A stretch of 64,000 nt of DNA from Carcharhinus amblyrhynchos (lineage: Eukaryota): contig OZ336883.1 of NCBI GenBank assembly GCA_965287045.1, forward strand, positions 62,372,001 to 62,436,000. Reading direction: 5' to 3'. Of this stretch, positions 1-13,500 are shown one piece after another (the stretch's first letter is position 1; each line of letters opens with the position of its first letter). The notes beneath the pieces were generated by a model. That model did not search any database. It was given only the letters and a program-made list of their open reading frames with translations, and was not told the DNA's origin. Made by a program: the position numbers and the translations under genes.

Positions 1-499
1 GTCCCAGGTAAATGGGGTCCTTAATTCTGTTGGCTGCTTTTCCGAGGCAGCAGGAATTGTAGACAAAGTCGATGGGTGGAAGTTGGTTTGCATGATGGAC
101 TGGGCTTCATTCACGACCCTTTTTAGTTTCTTGCAGTTTTGGGCAGAGCAGAAGCCATGCCAAGCCAAACAAACAGAAAGGACACTTTCTATGATGCATC
201 TGTAAAAATTGGTGAGAGTCATAGCGGATATGTCAAATTTCCTTAGTTTCCTGAGAAAGTAGAGGCATTGGTGGGCTTTCTTGACTATAGTGTTGACATG
301 TGGGGGACCAGGACAGGCTATTGGTGAACTGGACCCCTAAGGACTTAAAGATCTCAACCGTTCCTACTTCGTCCCCACTGATGTGGACAGGGGCATGTTC
401 CTAAAGTCAATGACTATCTCCTTCATTTTGTTGACATTGAGGGAGAGATTTTTGTTGTCGCACCAGTTCACCAGATACTCTATCTCGTTCCTGTACTCT
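1..499 (-). mobile_element. Rex1/Babar-type LINE RT C-terminal fragment
   Basis: Minus strand translates EYRNEIEYLVNWCDNKNLSLNVNKMKEIVIDFR...VKKAHQCLYFLRKLRKF...LTNFYRCIIESVL, typical of the Rex1/Babar post-RT region; decayed. Confidence 0.75.
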
Positions 500-1757
500 T
501 AAAAGAACAAAGAACAATACAGCACAGGAAACAGGCCCTTTGGCCCTCCAAGCCTATGCCGCTCATGCTTCCAACTGGACTATTCGTTTGTATCCCTCCA
601 TTCCCGGTCTGTTCATGTGGCTATCCAGATAAGTCTTAAACAGTCCCAGCGCATCCGCCTCTACCACCTTGCTTGGCAGTGCATTCTAGGCCCCCATCAT
701 CCTCTGTGTAAAATGCATCCCTCTGACATCTGTGTTAAACCTTGCCCCCCTCACCTTGAACCTGTGACCCCTTGTGTTCGTCACCTCTGACCTGAGAAAA
801 TGTTTCCAACTGTTCACCCTATTATGCCCTTCATAATTTTATACATCTCTATTAGGTCGCCCCTCATCCTCAGTCTTTCCAGGGAGATCAACCCCAGTTT
901 ACCCAATCTCTTCTCATAGCTAAGACCCTCCATACCAGACAACATCCTGGTAAACCTTTTCTGTACTCTCTCCAAAGTCTCCACGTCCTTCTGGTAGTGT
1001 GGCGACTAGAACTGGACGCAGAATTCCAAACGTGGCCTAACCAACATTCTATATAGCTGTAACATCATGCGCCAACTTTTATGCTCTATGCCCCGTCCTA
1101 TAAAGGCAAGCATGCCATATGCTGCCTTCACCACCTTCTCCACCTGTGTTGCCACCTTTAAGGATCTGTGGACCTGCATACCCAGGTCCCTCTGTGTGTC
1201 TATACTCCTGATGGTTCTGCCATTTATTGTATAGCTCCCCGCTGCATTAGTTCTACTAAAATGCATCACCGCATTTATCTGGATTAAATTCCATCTGCCA
1301 TTTCTCTGCCCAATTTTCCAGCCTATCGATATCCTGCTGTATTCTCTGACAATGTTCATTGCTATCCGCAAGTCCAGCCATCTTTGTGTTGTCCACAAAC
1401 ATACTGATCACGCCAGTTACACCTTCTTCCAAATTATTTGCATATATCACAAACAGCAGAGGTCCCAGTACAGAGCCCTGCGGAACACCACTAGTCACAG
1501 ACCTCCAGCCAGAAAAAGACCCTTCCACTGCTACCCTCTGTCTTCTATGGCCAAGCCAGTTGTCCACCCATCTAGCTAGCTTTCCTTTTATCCCATGAGA
1601 TTTAACATTTTGCACCAACCTGCCATGAGGGACTTCATCAAACGCTTTACTAAAATCCATATAGACGACATCCGCGGCCCTTCCCTTGTCAATCATTTTT
1701 GTCACCTTCTCAAAAAACTTAACCAAATTTGAGAGGCATGACTTCCCTCTTACAAAA
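500..1757 (-). mobile_element. CR1 LINE 3' fragment (RT plus 3'UTR)
   Basis: ORFs 1256-1726 (DVVYMDFSKAFD...[14 protein letters not shown]) and 1006-1398 (LYRMLVRPRLEFCVQF); short tandem tail AAAGAACAAAGAAC at about 502-516. Confidence 0.95.
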
Positions 1758-2275
1758 TGAGATTATTCCATTCAAAATGTGCATACATCCTATCTCTAAG
1801 AATCCTCTCCAACAATTTCCCTACCGTGGACATCAAGCCCACCAGTCTATAATCCATGCTGGCTTTTCCTGATTAAATTGCACTTGTCCAACTGACTTTT
1901 GTCCAGGATTATTGTCTCTAAAAGCTTTCTTTCCCACCAGTGAAGTCATATTTGCTGACCTGTAGTTGCTGAGTTTAACCTCAACTCTTTTTTTGAACAA
2001 AGATTTATTATTTGCAATTCTCAAGTCCTCTGGCACCACTCCTATAAGAGCATAAGAAATTGGAGCAAGAGAAGGCCATTCAGCCCATTGAGCCTGCTCT
2101 GCCATTCAATAGGATCATGGCTGATCCAACATTCTTCACATCCACTTTCCTGCCCTTTGCTTGTAACCCCTGATTCCCTTACTGATCAAAAATCTATCTA
2201 TCTTACCCTTAAATATACACAAGGACTCTGCCCCCACGAGTAGTGGCAAGTAGTTCTACAGACCCACAACCCTTT
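1758..2275 (-). mobile_element. Two adjacent degraded CR1 fragments
   Basis: 1758-2041 encodes GVVPEDLRIAN...LFKK...NYRS; 2044-2275 is a CR1 3'UTR with a CATAAGA tail. Confidence 0.8.
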
Positions 2276-2354
2276 GCTTTTTGTGATATGTTATTGACAT
2301 GTACTTGGGTGTACATTGCACAATTTTGGATCATAAAACTCAGACAGCTTTAGA

Positions 2355-3012
2355 CAATGATGACTGGATGGCAACAAGGCCTTCCCATCACTATTGAATA
2401 TCAAGCCTACCAATTATTTCCCTTACCTAGGAAGTAAGATCTTCATGGACGATGACATGGAGGCCCTTGTCTATGTAAAAATCAGCAAAACAGCATTGGT
2501 CTTTCAGGGGTTTATATGTTCTGGACATTCAACACCATCAACACAGCCATGAAACTGAGCTCTACATCTCTACAATAGTGTCAACTGCATTCTATGCCAG
2601 TGTGACATGGAAGAGAACAGAAAAAGTGTCATCTAAGTTGTACGTATTTCATCAGCGCTGCCAATATAAGATCCAAGACATCACATGGAGCAACAGCATC
2701 ACCAACGAAAAAGTGCTACAGACAACTGGTTAGAAATGCCTGTGGAACATCGTGAAGGAGAGATACTGAGTCTGGCAGGATGTCAGTTTTACCTCCAGGA
2801 AGAATGCCCTGCTAGAGTGGAGGTAGAATGGGTATGATCAGATGGAAGAAGAAGATGGGGCCAACCAAAAAGACTGGGCAAAGTACATTTAAAGAGAACT
2901 TCCAAGAGTAGGACATCACCTCGGCTGGAGCGAAAGAGATTGTGATGGACCATGGCTCTTGGTAGAGTCTTGCCGTCCGTTGTCCTGCACTGAAATGGAT
3001 AATATAAATATA
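2355..3012 (+). mobile_element. RTE-clade LINE 3' fragment
   Basis: Translates FPYLGSKI...AFYASVTWKRTEKVSSKLYVFHQRCQYKIQDITWSNSITNEKVLQ...DGRRRWGQPK, the RTE C-terminal signature, with stops and frameshifts. Confidence 0.8.
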
Positions 3013-4094
3013 ACTAAATAAAGTATTGTGAATAGTTATGAGGCTGGCGATGGACTTCAAGATGATGTAAACAGTTGATGGAATTGGCTGAAATATTGAC
3101 AGATAAAATTTAACACAGATGTGCAAAGTGATACATTTTATTCAGAAGAAATAAGAGAGGCAACATTATCTAAAGGAGGTACAGGAAGGGAGTGGTCTGG
3201 TGTGGTCAGTCTTCAGAATAAGAGGCACACGACACAGGGAACTAATTGGGGAGCAAGGTGAGGGAAAATCACCTAGGTAGGCAGGGTTTCTGTTCCAGAA
3301 CCTTCTTGGGAGCTGACTGCAGTCAGACACTGCAAAACTATGTATTGTCTTTAAATAATGTTTTTTCCTAAACTGGTAAACAAGAATTAGTACACCTGAG
3401 GGTATAATAAGTCCTCATTTTAAAGAGTGGTTGCATTCCTGGGAATTGCGACTTTATATGAAACAACTTCATGTGATCATGTGTTACCATTGGAATAAAT
3501 TTTAAAGCTGAAGTTAGGTTCCATTGTTTTTTCCCAGGCAAAAAGCATTCAATATTCAAGTTGAAGTACTGTACCATACCAGTGCAACACTGAGCATTCC
3601 TAGTTGCAAAATAAAGTCTATTACGAAGTATAAAATAAATCCTGTATAAGTTAAAATTGGAGAACGCTCACCAACTGCATGACATTTTCAAACGCCCAGT
3701 TTCACTGATGGACTATAGTTTTTTTGCTTTCTTTGCAGCAGATGCAGGCACACAGCCAGCACTTACTTGCTATTTCTGGCTCATGTTTGAAAGTAATTTA
3801 AAATTCTCACCCACAGCAGATATTCCTGAAACTCCAAAATTTGTATCAAGCTTAAATCCAACATTTTGTTGAAAAAAAAATCTGGATTTGGATGCGTCTA
3901 TGTTTTCTTTAAAAAAAAATCAGTATCGCCTCAAATACAATCCAAACAGCCTCCTCAGCAATGGTGCTGATTGGGTCGCAGAAGCCAATACTATATGAAG
4001 CGACCCATGTGCTGTGTGATCACAATGGATGGCAAGACACATGTGCCAGTGAAAGCAGATGGCAATGATGACAGGCAATAATGATGTGTCATCA

Positions 4095-4400
4095 TGGTCA
4101 CATGGAATCATAGAACAATACAGCATGGAAACAGGCCCTTCGGCTCAACTGGTCCATGCTGACCATGGTAGCCCTCTCAATTAGTCAAAATGCATGTCTT
4201 TCATCCATATCCCTCTAATCCTTTTCCCTCCATATACTTATCCAAATGCTTTTTAAATGTTGCTATTGTACCTATTTCAATCACTTTCTCTGGCAGTTTA
4301 TTCCATGCACACACCACCCTCTGAGTGAAGAAGTTGCCCGTCAGGTCCCTTTTAAATCTTTTTCCTTTTATCTTAAACCTAAGTCCTCTAGTTTTCAACT
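4095..4400 (-). mobile_element. CR1 LINE 3' end
   Basis: ORF KTRGLRFKIKGKRFKRDLTGNFFTQRVVCAWNKLP followed by 3'UTR and tail. Confidence 0.9.
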
Positions 4401-5232
4401 AGAGAACTGGAAGGTGAATTTATCACCTTCTACATCATTTGTTAGCTGGAATCAGAGGACAGATCAAACTGAAAATTAATAAACGTTGCAATAAGTACAT
4501 ACAGCCTGTGTCATATCAATGGAATTAACAGGAAACACTCTTCAATTGAAATAAACTAGGCTCAACCCTACAGAGACAGGACATGGAAAAACAAATATCT
4601 ATTGGACAGCAATGACATGAGGAACGCAATGATGCAAAGCAACTCTAAAATTGAAATCATGACTTAAGTCGGAGAAAACAAACCTGGAACAAAAACAACT
4701 TTAAAACAAAACAACTTAAAAAAGAGGATTTATCATAAAGGTGTAACAATAGATGAAAGTGGCATGGCATGTTTTAAAATAACTTATGGAATCCCGTGCT
4801 TTATATATAGAGACATAGGATAAAGAAATTAGGATTAATCTTTATAGAACAGTAATACAACCACAACTGGAATGTTGTTTCTAATTGTCCATTACACTTT
4901 GGAAAGATGTGAAGGTCTTGGAGACTTAAAATTCACAGCTGTGGAGTTAGCTTAGTTGGAGTTAGCTCTTTCAAAGAACTGACACAGTTATGCAAAATAG
5001 CCTCCCTCTTTGGTGTAACCATTTCATGATTTTATGACCAGTGAGTGTATTTTAGTACTGAATTCCAGACCAAAACCTTGACATTCCCAAATAGAGGTAG
5101 TTTCAATCCATGTCTGAAAGTTTTACCAAATAATATAAACCACCTGACAGCTTTGGCCCTTGGCTAGCAATGACCATGTTCTTTCTTAACCATCTAAACT
5201 TTGTTATGATCCAATATAGCTGCCTACGCAGC

Positions 5233-5459
5233 CCTACATATTTATCCTGGAAGTACCCCTGACACTAAGGGACAATTTAGCATGGCCAATCAACCTAACC
5301 CATACATCTTTGGATTGTGGGAGGAAACTGGAACACTCAGAGGAGTTCCACACAGACAGGGGTAGAACTTCACACAGACAATCACCCAAGGCTGAAGTTG
5401 AACTCAGGTCCCTGACACTGTGAGGCAGCAGTGCCACCCATTGTGCCACCGTGCCGTCC
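5233..5459 (-). mobile_element. HE1-like V-SINE (3' truncated)
   Basis: tRNA-like head GGCACGGTGGCACAATGGG...AGTTCAACT and V-domain GTTTCCTCCCACAATCCAAAGATG on the minus strand. Confidence 0.85.
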
Positions 5460-6084
5460 TTTACAAGGTTCCTTTGTTGAGTCACTCCTCTTACGAATGA
5501 ATAGATTATTTTTACAAATTGGTGTATGAATATTTCTCCACCAGTGGCATTCATATGTTACTTCTGTTTTAAAACCAAATGCCCTGGAGCTAAATCCTTA
5601 AGTATTTAGATTGTTATTTTAACATTTCCTTTTAGACAATTCCTGTAAATGTTCAATTTTTAAAGAAAAAAAGTGGTGACAAGTTGTATAGAAGCAGTCT
5701 ACCTATGAAATCAAACACTGTCCAGCAACAATGTATAAGGCTTCACTCTGAAGCTGCCCTATGAAAGAAAAGCACTATAATAGTATAAATCCACAAACAC
5801 TCAAAGGGCTAAATTTATGATTTGTGCCAACCTCAACAATAGCAGCAGCTGGGAAGCTATAAGTAGTCTTAACTAAGCAGTAGCAGAATCAGCCAAAGGT
5901 CTCACCTCTTTGCTCTTCAATGGTTACAACTTTCAGGCGGATAGTGAAGGAATCTCCTCAGTGCACCTGCTTGCAGAAACTGTTTTACAGCTTTGGAAAG
6001 CTGTGAGAGTGACAGTTAGTCTGTGGAGATCAACCAGAGCTAAGGCCATGGCACTGTGGGTAAATTGATTGCTCAGAGGGGGAG

Positions 6085-7045
6085 TGAGGGGTGGAGGGAA
6101 GGCGATGAGGAGGTGGTGACTGGGTGGGGAGTGTTGAGGAGGTAATGGGAGGGGGGGTGGTGAGGAGATGGTGGGTGGGTGGGGGCTGGTGAGGAAGTGG
6201 TGGGGGGTGCTGGTGAGGAGGTGGTGGGGGGGTTGCTGGTGAGGTGGTGGTGGGGGGCCTGCTGGTGAGGAGGTGGTGGTTGCGGGGGGTGGGGTGCTGG
6301 TGAGAAGGTGGTGGTTGCGGGGGGCGGGGTGCTGGTGAGGAGGTGGTGGTGGGGGGTGCTGGTGAGGAGGTGGTGGGTGGGGGCTGGTGAGGAGGTGGTG
6401 GGTGGGGGCTGGTGAGGAGGTGGTGGTGGTGTTGGTGAGGAGGAGGTGGTGGTGGTGTTGGTGAGGAGGAGGTGGTGGTGGTGTTGGTGAGGAGGTGGTG
6501 GTGGTGTTGGTGAGGAGGAGGTGGTGGTGGTGGTGTTGGTGAGGAGGTGGTGGTGGTGTTGGTGAGGAGGAGGAGGTGGTGGTGGTGTTGGTGAGGAGGT
6601 GGTGGTGGTGTTGGTGAGGAGGTGGTGGTGGTGGGGGGGGGGGGTGCTGGTGAGGTGGTGGTGACTCTGGAATTCTCTGCCCGTTGAAGTGGTGGAGGCC
6701 ACCTCGCTAAATATTTTTAAGACGCGGGTTGATGGGTTTTTGATAAGAGAGGGGATTAAGGGTTATGGGGAGAGGGCGGGAATGTGGAACTGAGCCACGA
6801 CAGATCAGCCATGATCTTATTGAATGGCGGGGCAGGCTCAAAAGGCTAGTTGGCCTACTCCTGCTCCTATTTCTTATGTTCTTATGTGAGGAGGTGGTGG
6901 TGGTGGGGGTTGCTGGTGAGGAGGTGGTGGTGGTGGGGGGGTGCTGGTGAGGAGGTGGTGGTGGGGGGGTGCTGGCGAGGAGGTGGTGATGGGGGGGTGC
7001 TGGTGAGGAGGAGGTATGGGTGAGTGGTGGGAGGCAGTGGTGAAG
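6085..7045 (+). repeat. G-rich minisatellite, unit about GCTGGTGAGGAGGTGGTGGTGGGGGGT
   Basis: Dozens of GGT/GAG-based units of about 24-30 bp; explains the Pro/His/Thr-rich spurious ORFs. Confidence 0.95.
6664..6886 (+). mobile_element. Young 5'-truncated CR1 3' end inserted in the minisatellite
   Basis: CTCTGGAATTCTCTGCCC...CCTACTCCTGCTCCTATTTCTTATGTTCTTATG; closely similar to copies at 11749 and 44449. Confidence 0.9.
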
Positions 7046-7806
7046 GAAATGTGGAGGAGCAATAGTGATAGGGGATTCATTAGTGAGGGGAGTAGATAAA
7101 CGTTTCTGTTGCCATAGATATACTTCCAGAATAATGTGTTGCCACGCGGGTGCCAGGGTTAAGAATGTCACGGAACAGCTACAGGGGATTTTGAAGAGAG
7201 AGGGTGAATAGATAGAGATTGTGAACCATGTTGGAACCAAAATCATTGGAGTAAAGAGAAATTAGGTCTGGCAGCAGACTTTAGGGAGTTAGATAGGAAA
7301 TTGATAAGTAGGACTTCAAAAGTAGTAATCTCCAGATTATTCTCAGTGCCACACAATAATGAGTATAGAAACAGAAGATTAGAGCAGATGTGACTGGAGA
7401 GATGGTGCAGAAAGGAAGGCTTTAGGTTACTTGGCATTGAGACTGTTTCTGGAGAGGTTTGGACTTGTACAAGTTTAATGGATTATACCTAAACAGGAAC
7501 GGGACCAACGTCCTCACTGAGGGATTTGCTAGTGCTGTTGGAGTGGATTTAAACTAAATTGACAGAGGGTAGCTCAAAATTGACAGGGAGAGAAACTGAG
7601 TTGGACTTAGAAGTTGAAACGCCAGTAAATGAATCTGAAAGGCAGAGGAAATGTACATTAGGTAAATGAAATGTATTTTAATGCAAGGAGCCTGAGAAAT
7701 AAGACAGATGAACTGAGGGCACAGAGAGGCACGTGGGAGTATGATATCATAGCTATGCCCAAGACTTGTCTGAAATGTGGACAGCTCAATATTTCTGATT
7801 ATAGGG

Positions 7807-8525
7807 CAGTGGTTTCCAATGTTTTCAGAAATATGGCACACTTCAATGAGACAAACAATTTTACAGCGCATTTTCTTATATTTATTATGATAACGGTCTT
7901 ACTAAAGAGGTTTGCAACATAGCACATACAACAAGCTAAATAAAGATCAAATGCTTTAATGTCCCAAATCCACCACCTTTGACAGTGAGCACAGACATAT
8001 TTTCAAAATCTGCTCAACTGGACTATTTCTTATTATTCTTAACCCTGAATCTGTTCCATGATTCTGACGTCTGAATTTTGTCTTTTTGTACTACAAATTG
8101 AATAAGCAGAGAAATTAAACTGATCCATTTCTTCTTAGATCATGGATATAAAATTGGTCTGACAAAGAAATGTGAATGCAGTCAATTTTGCTGCATCTGC
8201 TAGCTTGTTTGTCTTGTTTTGCTGTAAATGAAAAAAATGTGCAAATGCAGTTGCTTGGTTTCTATGGTGATCAGTAAAAATTTTCATGTCTTCCAACTTT
8301 CACCCTTTGGGCCAATTGCGTTTAGTATGCTCAGAATCGAAAGACTGACACCTCAATTTTCGAGTATTTGATGATTCGTTTTCACAGGCTTTACGAGTTT
8401 TAATTTTGGTTGGATCGAATACTGTTTAAGATTAAACAATATGTTTGTTTTACATTGATTTTCATTACTTTGTACAAAATTTTACACTTGGATAGTTCTC
8501 ACAGCACACCTGTTGAAAACCACTG
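7807..8525. mobile_element. Non-autonomous hAT (Charlie-like) element, 719 bp
   Basis: TIRs CAGTGGTTTCCAA / TTGAAAACCACTG (12/13); perfect 8-bp TSD TTATAGGG at 7799-7806 and 8526-8533; interrupts the CR1 endonuclease. Confidence 0.92.
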
Positions 8526-9199
8526 TTATAGGGTATTCAGATGAGATAGAGAGGAGGACAGAAGAGAGTGGGAGCTATATTGATAAAGGAGTCATATAGA
8601 AGTGAGAAAAGATCATCAAATTATATCTACCTACCATATGAGTAGATATAAAAAAGCACAAAAAGGGCAAACATGTATTTGGGTGTGTATTGTAGGCCCC
8701 CAAACAGTCATGAAGAGATAGAGGATCAAATATGTAATTATATTTCAGAAATGTGTAAGAGCAATAAGCTGCCATTGTAGAAGATTTTAACTACCCAAAT
8801 ATTAACTGGGATAGTTTGAGTATGCAAGGTAAGGAGGGGGTAAAATTCTTAAATGCATCCAGGGAAACCTTTTTTAGCCTGTAGGTAAGAAGTCCAACAA
8901 GGATGGGGGTAATCCTGGTAGTAATATTCGGAAATGAGCCTGGGCAGCTGGAAGGCCTATCAGTAGGCGAGCATTTTGGAGATAGTGACCCTAATTCAGT
9001 TAGATTTAGGATAATTATGGGAAAGGATAAAGATGGGCCAGGGATAAAAGTTCTTAACTGGGGAAAGGCTAATTTTACTAAGATAAGATACAATTTGGTC
9101 AAGTGAACTGGGAGCAGCTACTTGCAGATAAAACTGTGTCAGAGCAGCATCAAGGAAGAGGTGGTGAGAGTACAAGGCAAATATGTTTTGTAAAGCCAA

Positions 9200-9366
9200 G
9201 GGCCAGAATCTTCTAACTGTTCTCATCCACTGATGATGAACCCTGTTACAATTTTCTTGTGACGGAGCAGAAATCCTGTTGACAATGGCGGGACCAAAAG
9301 ATCTTGCTGCTGGCTAATGGCAGGCTGCCTCGGTGAAACATGCCGTGGGGATGCAGAAAATCCCAG
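9200..9366. mobile_element. Short MITE-like repeat (probably PIF/Harbinger-related)
   Basis: GGGCCAGAATC...TTGACAATGGCGGGACCAAAAGATCTTGCTGCTGGC...GAAAATCCCAG interrupts the CR1; related copies at about 38015, 48090 and 55400. Confidence 0.6.
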
Positions 9367-10523
9367 GGTGGGACCAAGACCAGAGAACCCTGGATGTCAA
9401 GGGACATACAGGTCAGGATAAAGGAAAAAAGAGAAGCCTATGGCAAATATCAAGGGCTCAACATAGCAGACCCCTAGAATAGTATGCAAAGTGCGAGGGA
9501 CAGTTGAAAAAGAAATCAGGAAAGCTGAGAGAGAGCATGAAAAATCTTTGGCATGCAGAATAAAGGAAAACCCAAAGTTTTCTTTTGGTATGTAAAGACC
9601 AATACAATAGAGAAAGAGTGCAGCCAATTAGGGACCATACAAGTAATCTGTGTATGGACTAGGAAGATCTGGTTACAGAACTCAATTAATACTTTGAGTT
9701 AGTCTTCACAATAGAAAAGAACAACGTAGGTGTAGACATCAGGGTGGAGGAGGATTGTGAACTATTAGAGGAAATTAACATAGAGAGGACATACTAGCAA
9801 GTTTAGCAGCCTTAAAAGTGGTTAAATTTGCAAGCCTGGATGAGATGTATCCCAGGCTGTTGAGGGAGGCAAGGGGGGAGATATCAGGGGTATTTCAAAT
9901 TTCAACTCCTCTCAAGCCACAGGTGAGGTGCAAGGTGACTGAAGTTCTGCCAACATTGTCCCATTATTAAAACAAGAGGTATGGATAAACCAAGAAATTA
10001 TAGACCAGTCAGTTTAACCTTTTGGTGGGAAAGTTACTGGAAAGGATTCTGGGAGAATATCTCCGCACTTGGATAAACATGGATTAATCAGAGATCATGG
10101 ATTTGTTAAGGTAAGGTCAAATATGACAAACTTAATCAAGTTTTTTGAGGAGGTAACTTGTTGTGTTGATGGGGGTAATATATTGATGTGGTCTATGAGG
10201 ACTTTAGCTAGGTTTTTGGCAGACTGGTCAAGAAAGTAAGGGCTTATGGAGTCCAAGGCAAAGTGGCTCATTGGATCCAAAATCGGCTGAGAGGCAGAGT
10301 GGTGGTAGAGGGATGTTTCTGTGACTGGAAGACTGTATCCAGTGGAGTTCCACAGGGCTCAGTGCTGGGATCCTTGCTGTTTATGGTGCATATCAATGAT
10401 TTTGACTTAAATGTAAGGAGGTATGATCAAGAAGTTTGCAGATGACATAAAAATTGGTAGAGTGTTAAATAGTGAGGAAGATAGCTATAGACTGCAGGAC
10501 TATATCAATGGACTGGTCAGGTG

Positions 10524-13500
10524 ACAAGGTCCCAAGGTGGGATTTGGTGGCATTTGGGTTGGATGGGCAATGTGGAGGCCTTTGTCATGAGGTGGTGATT
10601 AGCTCCATGAGAGCAATAGGACCCTGACACAGAGAGGACAATGAGACCAGTTACATTTCTCCCTCACCCTCAGGATGCAAGAGACAGCTGTAGGGCATGA
10701 GCAGTGTGGATGGCTTATGGAGGCCAGGCCATTAGGCATGTTGTCCATGTGTGGGTGTGCAAAATGGGAGAGGCTCATATGGTCTGCTGTCCATGACAGC
10801 AGGGTGACTGCAGGTTGAAGCTAATGATCAAGTTGAATGTAATCTGGAGATTTGAAATAAACCAAGTGAGCCTCACCTGCCACAGGAGGTTTATTTTCCT
10901 GAAATTCAAATTTTACTATTGACCAAAGTGGGCTTTGAGTCAGGGTCCAGCAGAATCCCAGGGTCCAGTATCCCTCTGAGTTTTGGATCCATGGGATGTC
11001 CCTGCCTCCTCCTGCTATGGATCATCAGGAGAGAGATGCTCCCTGGTAAGTGACCTGGAAATCTGCCTACTAATGATTCCGAGGTGCGAGTATCTCCACT
11101 GGTGGAGGGTGTGGGTGACAGCTGTGACACCTCTTCAATGCTACTCTCCAAGATATTTCCCTCAGAGTTGCTTGGGTCTGTGGTTTACAGAGGGTGATGA
11201 TTTGGGCTGATCAACTGATTCTTCTGCAAGAGAAGTGAGATGGCAGTAGGGATGATGGGCATAAGTATAGCAGCAACCAAGCTCACATGAGACTGGCACC
11301 ATGGCTGGATGTGTTGAGGGTCCGCAATTTTGTCTCTTGCTGCCACTTTGCCCTCAGCACAAGTGCGGCCCCGCTCCTCACTGGCCAGCTCAAGAGCTCT
11401 TTCTTAAAATGGAATGAGGATCTTCAGCTTGGGCTCACACTGATTGTGCTTGAGCTTGTCCCTTAATGAGACAAATGGGGAGAGTGTAGGCAGTGTGTGT
11501 GGTGGATCAAATGGTAATGATGCCTGGCATGTGTGGTTGGTGAGCAGGAGCAGGGATGTGAGAAGGAGGGGATCCACTGGGCGGTGGGGGGGAGCGGTCC
11601 TTAAAGTAAGTGCTGGGACCGTGTCAGGTGGCTGTGAGTGAGCTCCGCATGAAAGTGTGATGGGTGTGTTGATGGGTGCTGACGAATGAAGAGTCACTTG
11701 GCCTGACTGCATGAAGAAGGTAATTCATTTTCATCCTGCACTAGATTCATAAGAATGTAAGAACATAAGAAATAGGAGCAGGAGTAGGCCGCCTAGCCCT
11801 TCGAGCCTGCCCACCATTCAATAAGATCATGGCTGATCTGAAGTGGATCAGTTCCACTTTGCTGCTTTCTCCCCATAATCCTTAATTCCCCTGTCTATCA
11901 GAAACCTATCTACCCGTGACTTAAATATATTCAGCGAGGTAGCCTCCACCACTTCAATGGGCAGAGAATTTCAGAAATTCACCATCCTTTGAGTGAAGAA
12001 GTTCCTCCTCAACTCTGATCTAAACTGCCCCCCCTTATCTTAAGGCTGTGCTCTCTTGTCCTGCTATCCTTTCTAAATGGGAAGAATCTCTCTACCTCTA
12101 CCCTATCTATCCCCTTCATTATCATATATGTCTCTATAAGATCCCCCCCTCAGCCTTCTAAACTCCGAGTACAGACCCAGTCTATTCGGTCTCTCTTCAT
12201 AGGCTAACCCCCTCAGCTCCAGTATCAGCCTAGTGAACCTTCTCTGCACCCCCTCCAAGGCCAATATATCCTTCCGCAAGTGCGGCGACCAAAACTGCAC
12301 ACAGTATTCCAGCTGCGGCCTCACCAGTACCCTGTACAGTTGTAGCAAAACCTCCCTGTTGTTATATTCTATCCCGCTATAAAGGCCAACATTCCATTCG
12401 CCTTCTTGATTACCTGCTGCACCTGCAGACTGGGTTTTTGCGATTCGTGCACAAGGACCCCCAGGTCCCTCTGCACCGTAGCTTGCTGCAGCTTTTTGCC
12501 TTTTAAATAATAATCCCTCCTACTATTATTTCTGCCAAAGTGGATAACCTCACACTTGCTAACATTATACTCCATCTGCCAGGTCCTCACCCACTCACTC
12601 AGCCTATCCAGATCTCTCTGCAGACTTTCTGCGCCTTCCACGCAATTTGCTTTTCCACTCATCTTTGTGTCATCAGCAAATTTCATCACCCTACACTCAG
12701 CCCCCCTCCTCCAGATCATTTATGTAAATGGTAAACAGTTGAGGCCCCAGCACCGATCCCTGCGGCTCTCCACTAGTCACCAACTGCCAACCAGAATAGC
12801 ACCCATTGATTCCAACTCTCTGCTTCCTATTAGACAACCAATCCTCTATCCATGCTAACACCTTACCCCCAACTTCATGCACCCTAACCTTTTGCAGCAA
12901 CTTTTTGCGAGGCACCTTATCAAACGCCTTTTGGAAATCTAAATCACCACATCCACCGGTTCCCCTCTGTCTACCACACTAGTCACATCCTCATAGAAAT
13001 CCAATAAATTCGTTAAGCACAACTTACCCTTAACGAATCCGTGCTGCGTCTGCTCGATCAAACCATTCTTTTCTAGGTGCCTCGCTATTTCTTCTTTGAT
13101 GAAGGATTCTAGCATTTTTCCAACTACAGACATTAAACTAACCGGCCTATAATTCCCTGCCTTTTGTCTGCTACCTTTTTTAAACAGCGGCGTAACATTA
13201 GCCGTTTTCCAATCTTCCGGCACTTCCTCAGAGTCCAGCGAATTTTGATAAATAAATACTAAGGCATCCGCTATCACCTCTGCCATTTCTTTCAGAACCC
13301 TGGGATGCAGTCCATCCGGTCCCGGGGACTTGTCTACCTTCAGTCCCGTTAGGCTATCAAGCACTACCTCTCTAGTGACAGTAATCACATTAAGGCCCTC
13401 CTCTCCGACCATCCTTCTACTTTAATATCCGGCAAACTATTCGTGTCCTCCTCCATGAAGACCGAAGCAAAAAACTTATTTAAAGCCTTAGCCATTTCCT

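Larger units (their letters stand above)
5990..10523 (+). mobile_element. Long decayed CR1 LINE (ORF1 SGNH esterase, ORF2 APE endonuclease and RT) with nested insertions
   Basis: 7050-7560 AIVIGDSLVRGVDKRFC...GARVKNV (esterase); 7671 MYFNARSLRNKTDELRA (endonuclease); 10000-10520 RT motifs SGVPQGSVLG and KFADD. Confidence 0.9.

Noticed and set aside
3767-3825. Minus-strand exon-like segment with a CAA|GTAAGT donor
   Set aside because: Stops in all three frames and no partner exons
6073-7246. Long Pro/His/Thr-rich ORFs (209 and 179 aa)
   Set aside because: Translations of the G-rich minisatellite and antisense CR1; not genes
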